Shown here: positions 1 through 9,661 of the stretch, piece by piece | Numbering within the stretch: the first letter of the stretch is position 1 | How the letters are laid out: every line of letters starts with the position of its first letter | Assembly (NCBI GenBank): GCA_963666425.2 | Contig: OY762825.2 | Coordinates: forward strand, 800,001 to 864,000 | From: Bacillota bacterium | GTDB taxonomy: Bacteria > Bacillota > JAAYKD01 | Length of the DNA: 64,000 nt | Direction of reading: 5' to 3' | Program-made: the position numbers and the translations under genes | Notes under the pieces: generated by a model | The model's database searches: none | Seen by the model: the letters and a program-made list of their open reading frames with translations, nothing else | What the model was told of the DNA's origin: nothing

Positions 1-749
1 ATCACCAGAATTTCAATGGATTTGTTATAGTCAAAGGTGCTGGCAGTCAGAATAGAATAGTTATGCCCGTAGAGTACACCGGCTGTTCCGGCAAAGAAAG
101 CCGCTAGAATAAAAGCAGCCAGCTTATAAGTGTGGACGTTGATGCCGCACGATTCGGCAGCAATAGCATTCTCGCGCAGCGAGCGGATCGCTCGCCCGTG
201 CTTGGAATCGATCAGGTTCAGAATAACAAATAAAGTAAGCAAGACGACCAGGAAAGCGCTTGTAAAACTGACATCCTGGGGAGTCCCCTTCAGCCCGGAT
301 GCACCGCCGGTGAATTTGAGATTGATTATGACACTGCGCACAATTTCACCAAAGGCAAGCGTCACAATCGCCAGGTAGTCCCCTTTCAAGCGCAGCACCG
401 GAATACCGATCAGAACACCAAAACAAGCAGCAACCAAGCCACCAACCAGAATCGCCAAAGGAAAACGCAAGACAGTCGTCAGGCTGTCTTGTGTCGCCTG
501 GGAAAACAAACAGCCGGCATAAGCGCCCAGCGACATAAAGCCGGCATGCCCCAAAGAGAGGTCACCCAGCACACCTACGACCAGGTTCAGGGAAACCGCT
601 AAGATAATGTTAATACAAATCGGTACCAGCATCGACTGCAGGTGACGGGAAGCATTGCCCGTTTGAATGAGAAGCAGCATCAACAGGTAAAAAAAGATCG
701 CCAAAGTATAGGTGATAAAATTCCGACTCGGTCTTTTAATTTGTTTCAT
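1..749 (-). CDS. livM: Branched-chain amino acid ABC transporter permease LivM (3' end runs off the window)
   Basis: Manual translation from ATG at 749: MKQIKRPSRNF...NIILAVSLNLVVGVLGDLSLGHAGFMSLGAYA...LRLKGDYLAIVTLAFGEIVR; directly follows livH. Confidence 0.9.
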   Translation of the reverse strand, partial: MKQIKRPSRNFITYTLAIFFYLLMLLLIQTGNASRHLQSMLVPICINIILAVSLNLVVGVLGDLSLGHAGFMSLGAYAGCLFSQATQDSLTTVLRFPLAILVGGLVAACFGVLIGIPVLRLKGDYLAIVTLAFGEIVRSVIINLKFTGGASGLKGTPQDVSFTSAFLVVLLTLFVILNLIDSKHGRAIRSLRENAIAAESCGINVHTYKLAAFILAAFFAGTAGVLYGHNYSILTASTFDYNKSIEILV

Positions 750-758
750 CACGCTCAC

Positions 759-1640
759 CTACACCTTCTCTTCGATTTTTTTACCAAGCAGTCCGGTCGG
801 TTTAAAGAGCAGGACGACGATCAAAACCGCAAAAACGATCGCATCGGAAAGTTCTGCGGAGAGATAGGCTTTGGATAGATTTTCGATCATGCCCAGAACA
901 ATGCCGCCGATCATCGCTCCCGGTATGGAACCGATACCTCCGAATACGGCGGCAACAAAGGCTTTGATGCCGGGCATGGAACCGCTGTAAGGACCGATAA
1001 AGCCATAGGTCGTGCCATAAAAAATGCCCGCTACGGCTGCCAAAGCACAGCCAAGCGCAAAGGTCAGTGAGATGGTGCGATTGACGCTGATTCCCATCAA
1101 CTCCGCAGCGTCCTGGTCTTCCGATACCGCCTGCATGGCTTTGCCCATCCTGGTTCGACGAATGAACCAGGTCAGTCCCAGCATGATCACACTGGTTACC
1201 GCCAGTGTTAAAACCGAATCGCCTCGCATGCTCAGACTGCCCAAGGTGATGGTAGGAATCGAGATGATTTTTGGAAAACTTTTCTGTGCCGAGCCAAACA
1301 GCAACTGCGTCAGGTTCTGTAAAAAATAGCTGACCCCGATGGCTGTGATGAGAACAGACAGCGACGCTTCTTTGCGCAGCGGCTTGTAAGCGATTTTTTC
1401 GATCAGCGTCCCCAGCATCACACAGCAAAGCAGGCTGAGAATGACTGCCAGCCAGCCTGGTAAGCCAAAACTTGAGACAGCGACAATGACTGTATAAGCT
1501 CCTACCATGATGATATCGCCATGGGCAAAGTTCAGCATTTTAGCAATGCCGTAAACCATGGTATAACCTAGGGCAATCAAAGCATAAATCGATCCCAGAC
1601 TCAGTCCGCTGATTAAATTCGAAAGAAAATTCATCATCAT
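759..1640 (-). CDS. livH: Branched-chain amino acid ABC transporter permease LivH
   Basis: GLSLGSIYALIALGYTMVYG...NFAHGD and GGIGSIPGA motifs; start placed at the Met run near 1640. Confidence 0.92.
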   Translation of the reverse strand: MMMNFLSNLISGLSLGSIYALIALGYTMVYGIAKMLNFAHGDIIMVGAYTVIVAVSSFGLPGWLAVILSLLCCVMLGTLIEKIAYKPLRKEASLSVLITAIGVSYFLQNLTQLLFGSAQKSFPKIISIPTITLGSLSMRGDSVLTLAVTSVIMLGLTWFIRRTRMGKAMQAVSEDQDAAELMGISVNRTISLTFALGCALAAVAGIFYGTTYGFIGPYSGSMPGIKAFVAAVFGGIGSIPGAMIGGIVLGMIENLSKAYLSAELSDAIVFAVLIVVLLFKPTGLLGKKIEEKV

Positions 1641-1654
1641 CTGCTCCGTTTTGC

Positions 1655-1691
1655 TGCTCCGGAACAAAACATAGGTGTTTATTCCGGAGCA
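1655..1691 (-). terminator. Intercistronic hairpin between livK and livH (partial terminator or mRNA stabiliser)
   Basis: TGCTCCGGAA...TTCCGGAGCA inverted repeat. Confidence 0.5.
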
Positions 1692-1709
1692 ATTCTTCTG
1701 TTATCACAC

Positions 1710-2873
1710 CTATTTCGCATAGGCGACATAAGCGCTGTTCTTGATTACCACCGCCGTCGCACTTTTGGCGGGTTCCCCGTCGGCAGACCAGGTCATTTTG
1801 CCGGTCAGGCCGTCCACAGTGATTTTTGTCATAGCTGCGACCATTTTGGCATTGAAATCTTTATCGGATAAAGAAGTAATTTTCGCCTGCTGCATCGCTG
1901 CGGCAATGGTGTAAACCGCGTCATAGGCATCGGCAGCAAATTGATCCGGAGTGCTTGTGTAGGCTTTTTTATAAGCGGTTACAAAAGCAACTGTCTTTTC
2001 GTCTTTGGCATCGGCGGCAAAGGGAGTCAGCAGCATGATACCTTCGGTGAGTGCTGCATTTTCCGCTCCCATTTGCGCGATAATACCATCCATGCCATCA
2101 ACCCCAAAGTATCTGATATCAAGATCGCTGGATTGCGTCAAAATCATGGCAGCTTCCTGATAATAGATCGGCAGGAACAGAAGGTCTGCGCCGGAATTGC
2201 GCACCGCTTGAATTTGCACACTGAAATCCGTGTTGCTTTGATCGGTAAATGCCTGTTTTTCCACCACGTTCAAGCCTACTTTTGCAGCTTCTGCCGTAAA
2301 AGTATCGGTGATGCCGGAGGAATAATCGCTCGATTTATCATAAATGATGGCTACTTTATTGGCAATTTTGTTTTCTTGAATAAAATCGGCTGCATAAGTG
2401 CCTTGCACCGCATCGGTAAAACAAATCCGGAAACAATTATCATATTGGGTCGCTTCTTTCTGAGAAGCAGAAGGAGTAATCATTAAAAATCCATCTTTTT
2501 TCACTTCTTCCGTCACCGCAACACAGGCACCGCTGGTCACACAACCCAAAGAGGCCTGCATACCGGCGTCCACCAGCGTAGCATAGGCATTGACCGCCAT
2601 CGCGGGATCTGCCTGATCATCTTCAAATTTCAGTTCGAATTTGATTTTTTCCACGCCGCCTTTGGCATTGATTTCATCCACAGCCATCTGAGCACCTTGT
2701 TTGACAGAATTGCCATAACTGGCTGCACTGCCGGTCAAAGGACCGGAACCACCGATGACTAAAGTTTGCTTTGCATCCGCAGCACTTGGTGCTTTTTGAT
2801 TACAACCGGTCAGGCTGATCACGGCGATCACAGCGATTAAGATAAAGCTCAATATTCTTTTGTATGTTTTCAT
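1710..2873 (-). CDS. livK: Branched-chain amino acid ABC transporter substrate-binding lipoprotein (LivJ/LivK family)
   Basis: Lipobox LTGC, GPLTGSAASYG, DEINAKGG motifs; operon context. Confidence 0.9.
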   Translation of the reverse strand: MKTYKRILSFILIAVIAVISLTGCNQKAPSAADAKQTLVIGGSGPLTGSAASYGNSVKQGAQMAVDEINAKGGVEKIKFELKFEDDQADPAMAVNAYATLVDAGMQASLGCVTSGACVAVTEEVKKDGFLMITPSASQKEATQYDNCFRICFTDAVQGTYAADFIQENKIANKVAIIYDKSSDYSSGITDTFTAEAAKVGLNVVEKQAFTDQSNTDFSVQIQAVRNSGADLLFLPIYYQEAAMILTQSSDLDIRYFGVDGMDGIIAQMGAENAALTEGIMLLTPFAADAKDEKTVAFVTAYKKAYTSTPDQFAADAYDAVYTIAAAMQQAKITSLSDKDFNAKMVAAMTKITVDGLTGKMTWSADGEPAKSATAVVIKNSAYVAYAK

Positions 2874-2982
2874 TACGATTGCCTCATTTCCTAATTTTGT
2901 TTTTGCACTTCACTCTGTACTCTTTGTTCTTCACTCTTTGCTTTTCTCTGATTGTTCCCGGGACAGCCAGAGAAAAAAGTAT

Positions 2983-3016
2983 AAAAAAAACGGCACCGCT
3001 ATTTTAGCAGTGCCGC
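2983..3016 (-). terminator. Intrinsic terminator (attenuator) in the liv leader
   Basis: Minus strand GCGGCACTGCTA-AAA-TAGCGGTGCCG followed by T8, between the leader ORF and livK. Confidence 0.85.
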
Positions 3017-3037
3017 TTTGATTATTATTGTTAGGTT

Positions 3038-3331
3038 CTAACAATCGTTGCGGTAAGGCTCTTTTAGCGTTATTGTCTGATTCTTAATTAAGACTAGGAC
3101 TAGCAGGCTGACTAAGCTGATCAGGCTAATCAGGCTAATTAGGTTAATTAGGCTAATGACAATAATGCTAATGAGGACGCATACAAAAATAGACACTGTA
3201 CTAACAGTGTCTACAGAAACAGTCATGGTAAAATTAGCAGAAGCAAATTTGGGGCAGAAAGAAAGCGTCGGCGCAGATGATTCGCTGCCGGCGTAAGCAC
3301 TATTCTTTTTTGTATCTGTAAGATTGAACAT
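3038..3331 (-). CDS. Putative Ile/Leu/Val-rich attenuation leader peptide (97 aa)
   Basis: AGGAGG RBS; codons 38-82 contain 10 Val, 10 Ile and 10 Leu; stop lies ~20 nt before the terminator. Confidence 0.7.
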   Translation of the reverse strand: MFNLTDTKKNSAYAGSESSAPTLSFCPKFASANFTMTVSVDTVSTVSIFVCVLISIIVISLINLISLISLISLVSLLVLVLIKNQTITLKEPYRNDC

Positions 3332-3362
3332 TGCTTTTTCCTCCTGTCAGGTATTGTTGACA

Positions 3363-3391
3363 ATCATACAGGCGCAGAGGATTTTTGTCAA
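3363..3391 (-). promoter_or_regulatory. Sigma-A promoter of the liv leader/operon
   Basis: TTGACA-17 nt-TATGAT with extended TG. Confidence 0.8.
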
Positions 3392-3516
3392 TCAATTTTT
3401 TTGGAGTATTTCAATTTTTACAGCATAGAATTTGAAGTCGGCAGGAAGTACGACTTCCGCTTTACATCTGATTGCCTCATCTTTTCTTCCTTCTTGGCAA
3501 AATATACCGATTGCTG

Positions 3517-4632
3517 CTAGCCATTGAACGTTGTCTCGGGCAGCTCCCCTGCCAAATCCCGTAAAAAAGGATCGGTCAAAAAGTAGGTAAATTGATCAAA
3601 ACTGCCAATCTTTCGGCTTTGGAATCGGCTCGGAAGCTGACTTGAATTCGCCCTGTGCATTTCCTGCAGCAGCTGTTCAAATACATACCAACGTAAATGA
3701 GAAAGCAGAGAAGTTTCAATCCAATAAAAATACCGCGGTCCGGGACAGCCTCGCTCTAATTTTTTCAGGCGGAGGTAAGCTGCCAGTCCATCGGAAACAT
3801 CATGCCAAAGGTCGGCAAATACCAGATTGTAGCTTTCTTTTGCCGCGTATTTTTCCAGATAGTCAAACGCGTCCATGGCAACGATACTCACTTTTTCCGG
3901 GTGAGAAAACTGGGGCAGAATATATTCTTGAAACAACCGAATCACTTTTTCATCTTTTTCCACTACAGTGATATGGGTTACTTCGGCTTTTTCGGAAGTC
4001 ATATAAGGAAAATAGCCAAGTCCCAAGCCAAAGGTGACGATCTTACCTTTTGCGGCATCAATCACCGGCTGCATGGTTTCAATTTCATTGGGTGTGATGG
4101 TCATCCATTCCTGCCCGGCTTGCAGGACGGCCGGAAAGGAAAACGGTTCACTAAAAAAACCCAATTGCGGTATTTCCCGAAAATTGTGTTCCAGCTTGAT
4201 ATCGTTGTAAATAAACGCCTGATAGGGCTGCAAGCACTCGGTCTTCAATTTCCAATCAGACAGCATTCGCGTCGGGATGCTGATCTTGCGGTAATAAGGA
4301 TTTGCCTGGTAGCAGCTCACGTCCAGCTTCCTGATGGAAGGGAGGAAATACTCTCTGGCAATCTGCAGATCCCGCTGATTTTGCTCGGTATCCAAGCCAC
4401 AAGCAGTGGTCAATAAACCAAAGAAAGCATATTCTTCTGATAATCCGGCTTCTTGTTGCAGCGGTTCGATTAATTCTTTGGTGATCAAAGCCGCATGATG
4501 AGTCAAAAAATAACTGTACATACCAATGACTTCAAAATTTCTCGCCTTCATTTCGGCGATTTGCCTGACCTTCTCCCGGTCGGCTTGATTCAGATTGATT
4601 TCCATATCTTTCTCCATTGCTTTCATAGACAT
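3517..4632 (-). CDS. Hypothetical SAM-dependent methyltransferase / spermidine-synthase-like protein
   Basis: FGLGLGY, VVEKD, DAF and FADLWHD Rossmann-methyltransferase-like motifs. Confidence 0.6.
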   Translation of the reverse strand: MSMKAMEKDMEINLNQADREKVRQIAEMKARNFEVIGMYSYFLTHHAALITKELIEPLQQEAGLSEEYAFFGLLTTACGLDTEQNQRDLQIAREYFLPSIRKLDVSCYQANPYYRKISIPTRMLSDWKLKTECLQPYQAFIYNDIKLEHNFREIPQLGFFSEPFSFPAVLQAGQEWMTITPNEIETMQPVIDAAKGKIVTFGLGLGYFPYMTSEKAEVTHITVVEKDEKVIRLFQEYILPQFSHPEKVSIVAMDAFDYLEKYAAKESYNLVFADLWHDVSDGLAAYLRLKKLERGCPGPRYFYWIETSLLSHLRWYVFEQLLQEMHRANSSQLPSRFQSRKIGSFDQFTYFLTDPFLRDLAGELPETTFNG

Positions 4633-4676
4633 AAAAAGCCATTGCAGTCTGAAAAAACCAGAACTTGCGGGAAAAC

Positions 4677-4708
4677 AAAAAAGGGAAACTCAAAAGCTTC
4701 CCTTTTTT
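4677..4708 (-). terminator. Terminator of the hydrogenase operon
   Basis: AAAAAGGGAA...TTCCCTTTTT hairpin just past the hydA stop. Confidence 0.7.
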
Positions 4709-4741
4709 GTCTGCCCGAGCAAAGTTGAATTGAACTAACTC

Positions 4742-6529
4742 CTATTGATTCAAGAACTGATTGTAAATACCTCTCTTGGTATAATGCGTATGCAGCAATT
4801 CATGCGAAACACTGCCCAGAGGGGTGATCAGAAAATCTTCATACAGTTTGATGATGGAAGGATTTTCATGGGATTTACGCAGAGCTTTGCCTTCGTCTTC
4901 CCGATAAATTGCCTTCATTCTCTTCAATCTGATTTTCTGATTGGTCTGTCTGGGCTGACCGCCGCCGCTGATGCAGCCGCCGGGACATCCCATGATTTCA
5001 ATGAAATGATACGGCGATTGACCCGCCGCGACTTGGTCCATCAGTTGTTTTGCCCCGCTTAAGCCGCTGGTGACAGCGATCTTCAGCACAACGCCATCAA
5101 GGAAGGAAAATTCCGCTTTGGGCTGTTCGATCTTAATTTCCGTAGTTTTAATCTGATCCAACCCCATAATCGGTTTGACATGCAGCAGTTCAAACGGCAA
5201 TTCCCTGCCGGTGACCACTTCATAAACTGTGCGCAAGGCCGCTTCCATTACACCGCCGGTGGTGCCGAATATATCGGCTGCTCCGGTAGAAAAACCAAGC
5301 GGACTATCAAATTGAGATTCCGGCAGGGATGTAAAATCAATCCCGGCTCCCTTGATCATTTTGGCAAATTCGCGGGTAGTCAGCACGGCATCCACATTAG
5401 GATATCCCCCGTTTTGCATTTCCGGTCGGGTGATTTCAAACTTTTTCGCGGTACAGGGCATGATCGAAACGACAAAGATATCTTTGGGATCCACGCCGAT
5501 CTTTTCGGCATAATAAGACTTAATCAGCGCGCCAAGCATCATATGCGGCGATTTACAAGTCGATAAATGACCAAGTTCCTGTGGATAGGTATGTTCCATA
5601 TACTTGATCCAACCGGGGCTACAGCTGGTGATCATCGGTAAATCAGCTTCTTTGCCGGATAACGCGTCAGTCAGTCGTTTCAGCAGCTCGTTGCCTTCCT
5701 CGATGATGGTCAGATCGGCTGCGAAATTAGTATCAAACACATCGTCAAAACCCAAATCTCTCAGGGCAGTAACCATTTTACCCGTGACCAGCGTACCTGC
5801 TTCGTAACCAAATTCTTCTCCCAGCGCCGCTCGCACCGCCGGCGCCGTCTGCACGATCACTCGTTTCGTTTTATCAAAGATGGCGTTCCAGACTGCTGCG
5901 ATCGAATCCTTCTCCTGCAGTGCTCCCACCGGACAAACCGTGGTGCATTGCCCGCAATAGGTACAGTCAACCGTATTCAGTGGCAACTCGGCTGCCGGAC
6001 TGACAACGCTCTTGAAACCTCTGTTCTGCACATTCAGAATGCCGACACCCTGAATCTGGCTGCACATGGTCACGCAGCGGCGGCAGAGAATACACTTGGC
6101 GCTGTCTCTAACGATGGAAGGAGATGTTTCATCCAAATAAGCTTTGGAATGTTCGCCTTCAAAGCGCGACTCACCAACCTGCAGCAACTCACCCAGCTTT
6201 TGAAATTCGCAGCTCTGATTGCGTGAGCAATTCAAACAATCTTTCGGATGATCCGAGAGCATCAGTTCATAAAGCAGCTTTCTTTCTTTCTGCACAACGC
6301 TGGAGTTGGTATGCACAACCATCCCTTCCCGAACCTCTGTCATACAGGAAGCCGGTAGGTTTTTGGCTCCTTCCACTTCAACAACACAGATGCGGCAGGA
6401 ACCAACCTTATGCACACCTTCCAGGTAGCAGAGAGTAGGGATTAAAATATTGTTTTGTTTGGCAGCTTCCAGAATGGTCTGGCCTTCCTCCGCCACGATT
6501 TTCTTATTGTTGATGGTCAGATTAACCAT
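4742..6529 (-). CDS. hydA: [FeFe]-hydrogenase group A catalytic subunit (HydA/HndD-like)
   Basis: H-cluster motifs TSCSPGW, MPCTAKK, EIMGCPGGCISGGGQP; N-terminal 2Fe-2S, His-ligated and 2x4Fe-4S motifs. Confidence 0.95.
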   Translation of the reverse strand: MVNLTINNKKIVAEEGQTILEAAKQNNILIPTLCYLEGVHKVGSCRICVVEVEGAKNLPASCMTEVREGMVVHTNSSVVQKERKLLYELMLSDHPKDCLNCSRNQSCEFQKLGELLQVGESRFEGEHSKAYLDETSPSIVRDSAKCILCRRCVTMCSQIQGVGILNVQNRGFKSVVSPAAELPLNTVDCTYCGQCTTVCPVGALQEKDSIAAVWNAIFDKTKRVIVQTAPAVRAALGEEFGYEAGTLVTGKMVTALRDLGFDDVFDTNFAADLTIIEEGNELLKRLTDALSGKEADLPMITSCSPGWIKYMEHTYPQELGHLSTCKSPHMMLGALIKSYYAEKIGVDPKDIFVVSIMPCTAKKFEITRPEMQNGGYPNVDAVLTTREFAKMIKGAGIDFTSLPESQFDSPLGFSTGAADIFGTTGGVMEAALRTVYEVVTGRELPFELLHVKPIMGLDQIKTTEIKIEQPKAEFSFLDGVVLKIAVTSGLSGAKQLMDQVAAGQSPYHFIEIMGCPGGCISGGGQPRQTNQKIRLKRMKAIYREDEGKALRKSHENPSIIKLYEDFLITPLGSVSHELLHTHYTKRGIYNQFLNQ

Positions 6530-6531
6530 AA

Positions 6532-9500
6532 TCAACCCCTCCTGTCGCATCTAAGGCATCTCATGGCTTCAGCGATTGCATTTAATTTATGGAATCCCAC
6601 GGCTACCTCATCGAAGTTATTTTTCCTCTGTTCAGCATCTAAAAATTTCATTGGGAATCTCTCGTGCTCAACAACTTCTTCGTCATTGGTCGCAGCTGGT
6701 ATTTCAATTTCTTCTCCCGTATTGAGGATCCCCTTGCCGCCCAGATATTTATCGATGGATTTGGCGGCATTCTTACCGTCCGCGATGGCGGTAATGACAG
6801 TATCCGAACCCCTCGCTACATCTCCGCCGGCAAATACACCTTTCATCTTGGTCATCAGCGTGTCCTTGTCGGTGACGAAGGTGCCCCATCTGGTTAATTC
6901 CACTTCATCTTTGTTGATGAAAGGTAAATCGGAAGATTGGCTGACCGCCGGTATCACCATATCCACTGGCAGCAAAAACTCGGAACCGGCAATCGCTTTG
7001 GGTTTCCGCCGGCCGCTGGTGTCAAATTCCGTCAGTTCCATTCTATTGCATTCGATGGCGGTGACTGCTTCTGTACCGATAAAACGGATCGGAGCAACCA
7101 ACGGAATGATTTTAACGCCTTCTTCGATGGCATCGTGAATCTCTCTGCTGTCTGCGGGCATATCCTCAATCTGTCGGCGATAAAGGATGGTAACCTCAGA
7201 GGCACCCAGACGGATGGCGGTGCGGGCTGCATCAATCGCGGTATTGCCGCCGCCGATCACCGCAACTCTGGCGCCAACCTTAACTTCGTGGCCAAGATTC
7301 ACATCTTTCAGAAAATCCAAGCCATGATAAACGCCATTCAATTCCTCACCGGGTATATTGACGAGGTTGGAGAATTGGGTACCGGTGGCGATATAGACGG
7401 CATCATGTTTGCTTTTCAGCTGATAGAAAGTAATATCCGTACCAATTTCCGTATTCAGATGAATCTTGACGCCAACTTGCTCGATTTTTTGAATTTCTTT
7501 CGCCAATACTTCTTTGGGCAGCCGGTAAGCCGGGATGCCAAAGGCCAGTACACCACCCGCCACCGGATGAGATTCATAGACATCAATATCATAACCCAAG
7601 CGGGCTAGATAATAGCCGCAGGTTAAGCCTGACGGTCCGGCTCCAATAATGCCAATGCTCTTGCCGTTTTTGGGAAAAACTAAATCCATATAAGGTTCTT
7701 CATCGTTTAAGACGTAGTCTGCGACATAACGTTTGAGATCGGCGATGGAGATCGGCTCGTCGAGCTGTCCTCTTCTGCATTTATTCTCACAGGGATGCGT
7801 GCAGACTCTGCCGCAGATCGCAGGGAAAGGATTTTCTTTTCTGACCAAATTATAGGCATCTCTGAACCTTCCGGCTGCGATCAGCGCCACATAACCCGGC
7901 ACATTGATCCCGGCAGGACAGGCATTCTGGCAGGGCGAGATAAACATATCCGCGCAGACGCCTGCTCTGCAGTGCTTATATTTAATATGCTCTTCATACT
8001 CGTCTCTAAAATTCTTGATCATGCTCAGCACAGGATTGGGAGCCGTCTGACCAAGTCCGCAGACAGCGGTATCCCGAATCGCAGCGCCGAGTTCTTCAAG
8101 CTCTTCGATATCCCCCTCTTTGCCTTCGCCGTGGGTGATTCGTTCCAGTATTTCAAGCATTCGTTTCGTGCCAATTCTGCAAGGTACACATTTACCGCAT
8201 GACTCATCCTGAATAAATTCCATGAAGAAGCGCGCCATATCCACCATACAGGTGTCTTCATCCATGGTAATCAAACCGCCGGAGCCCATAATCGCACCTA
8301 ATTTGACCAGCGATTCATAATCCATCGGCGTGTTGAGACTTTCACTCGTCACACAGCCGCCGGAAGGGCCGCCGCTCTGAGCAGCTTTAAAATTCTTATT
8401 GCGTCGGATGCCACCACCGATATCAAAGATGATCTCACCCAGCGTCGTGCCCATTGGTACTTCTACGATGCCGGTATTATTAATATTACCGGCCAGTGCA
8501 AATACCTTGGTCCCCTTACTTTTTTCGGTGCCGTAACCGGCAAACCAGCTGCTCCCGTTGAGAATAATCGGTGGAATGTTGGCCAGTGTTTCCACATTGT
8601 TGATGATCGTCGGTTTGCCAAAAAGACCGCTCTGGAAGGGGAAAGGCGGTTTTTGTTTTGGTTCGCCTCTTTCACCCTGAATCGAGGCCATCAGAGCCGT
8701 TTCTTCACCGCAAACAAAGGCGCCTGCTCCGATTCTGATCTCAATGTCAAAATCGAACGTGGAGCCAAAGAGCTGTTTACCCAATAAACCGGACGCACGC
8801 GCGCTGTCAATCGCCAAACCGAGCCGTTCAACCGCCAAAGGATATTCTGCCCGCACATAGACAAAACCTTTACGGGCACCGATCGTATAGCCTTCGATGA
8901 TCATCCCTTCTACAACGGAATGCGGATCGCCTTCCAGCAGACTTCTGTCCATAAACGCCCCAGGGTCACCTTCATCGGCATTGCAGACAAGATATTTCTC
9001 GTCGCCCGGTGCTTTCATGCCGGATTCCAACTTGATACCTGTAGGAAATCCCGCACCACCTCTGCCGCGCAGACCCGATTTTTTAACTTCATCCACCACA
9101 TCTTGCGCTGACATTTCCGATAAAACTTTGGCTGCCGCAAAGTAACCGTCTCTGGCTATGTACTCTTCCAGAGAAGAATAATCAATGCTGCCGCAGTTTC
9201 TCAGGGCAATTTTGACCTGATTTTTAAAGTAATCAATTTGATTCAAGTAAGGCACATGCTCGCCGGTTTTTTTCTCGAGATAAGTATTTTCAATTTTAAT
9301 CTTGCCCGCAATCAGATGGGATTCCACAATGGCGGGGATTTCTTTGGCACTCAGTTTGGTATAAAAAACGCTCTCGTTTTCTGATGCCCCAAATGGTTCC
9401 ACCACCATCACCGGTCCGAGATCGCAGGTCCCGATGCAGCCCGTTTCCACGACGCAAACGCTTTCGGAAAGTTGATTCTCTTGCAGCGCTTTGAGCAAAG

Positions 9501-9648
9501 CGTCTTTAACGGCGTGGCAATTGGAAGAAATGCAGCCGGCACCGGAGCAGACCAATACTCTGTAGCGATACTTGCTTTTTTCTGCTTCATATTGCTGCTT
9601 AATCAACTTGAGATCATCCATACTCTTGATCTGTTTCTTCTCGACCAT
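6532..9648 (-). CDS. NuoF/HydB-like diaphorase subunit fused to a GltD-like FAD/NAD(P) oxidoreductase domain
   Basis: GLRGRGGAGFP, NADEGDPGAFM, CGEET, ESCGKCVPCR; C-terminal half CGRVCTHPCE, IIGAGPSG, VIGGGNTAID, YRR, FAGGD. Confidence 0.9.
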   Translation of the reverse strand: MVEKKQIKSMDDLKLIKQQYEAEKSKYRYRVLVCSGAGCISSNCHAVKDALLKALQENQLSESVCVVETGCIGTCDLGPVMVVEPFGASENESVFYTKLSAKEIPAIVESHLIAGKIKIENTYLEKKTGEHVPYLNQIDYFKNQVKIALRNCGSIDYSSLEEYIARDGYFAAAKVLSEMSAQDVVDEVKKSGLRGRGGAGFPTGIKLESGMKAPGDEKYLVCNADEGDPGAFMDRSLLEGDPHSVVEGMIIEGYTIGARKGFVYVRAEYPLAVERLGLAIDSARASGLLGKQLFGSTFDFDIEIRIGAGAFVCGEETALMASIQGERGEPKQKPPFPFQSGLFGKPTIINNVETLANIPPIILNGSSWFAGYGTEKSKGTKVFALAGNINNTGIVEVPMGTTLGEIIFDIGGGIRRNKNFKAAQSGGPSGGCVTSESLNTPMDYESLVKLGAIMGSGGLITMDEDTCMVDMARFFMEFIQDESCGKCVPCRIGTKRMLEILERITHGEGKEGDIEELEELGAAIRDTAVCGLGQTAPNPVLSMIKNFRDEYEEHIKYKHCRAGVCADMFISPCQNACPAGINVPGYVALIAAGRFRDAYNLVRKENPFPAICGRVCTHPCENKCRRGQLDEPISIADLKRYVADYVLNDEEPYMDLVFPKNGKSIGIIGAGPSGLTCGYYLARLGYDIDVYESHPVAGGVLAFGIPAYRLPKEVLAKEIQKIEQVGVKIHLNTEIGTDITFYQLKSKHDAVYIATGTQFSNLVNIPGEELNGVYHGLDFLKDVNLGHEVKVGARVAVIGGGNTAIDAARTAIRLGASEVTILYRRQIEDMPADSREIHDAIEEGVKIIPLVAPIRFIGTEAVTAIECNRMELTEFDTSGRRKPKAIAGSEFLLPVDMVIPAVSQSSDLPFINKDEVELTRWGTFVTDKDTLMTKMKGVFAGGDVARGSDTVITAIADGKNAAKSIDKYLGGKGILNTGEEIEIPAATNDEEVVEHERFPMKFLDAEQRKNNFDEVAVGFHKLNAIAEAMRCLRCDRRG

Positions 9649-9661
9649 AGTCTCACCCCCC

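Noticed and set aside
2880-3350. T-box riboswitch upstream of livK
   Set aside because: No GGTGGNACC T-box or recognisable stem I motifs seen; a translated uORF explains the region better
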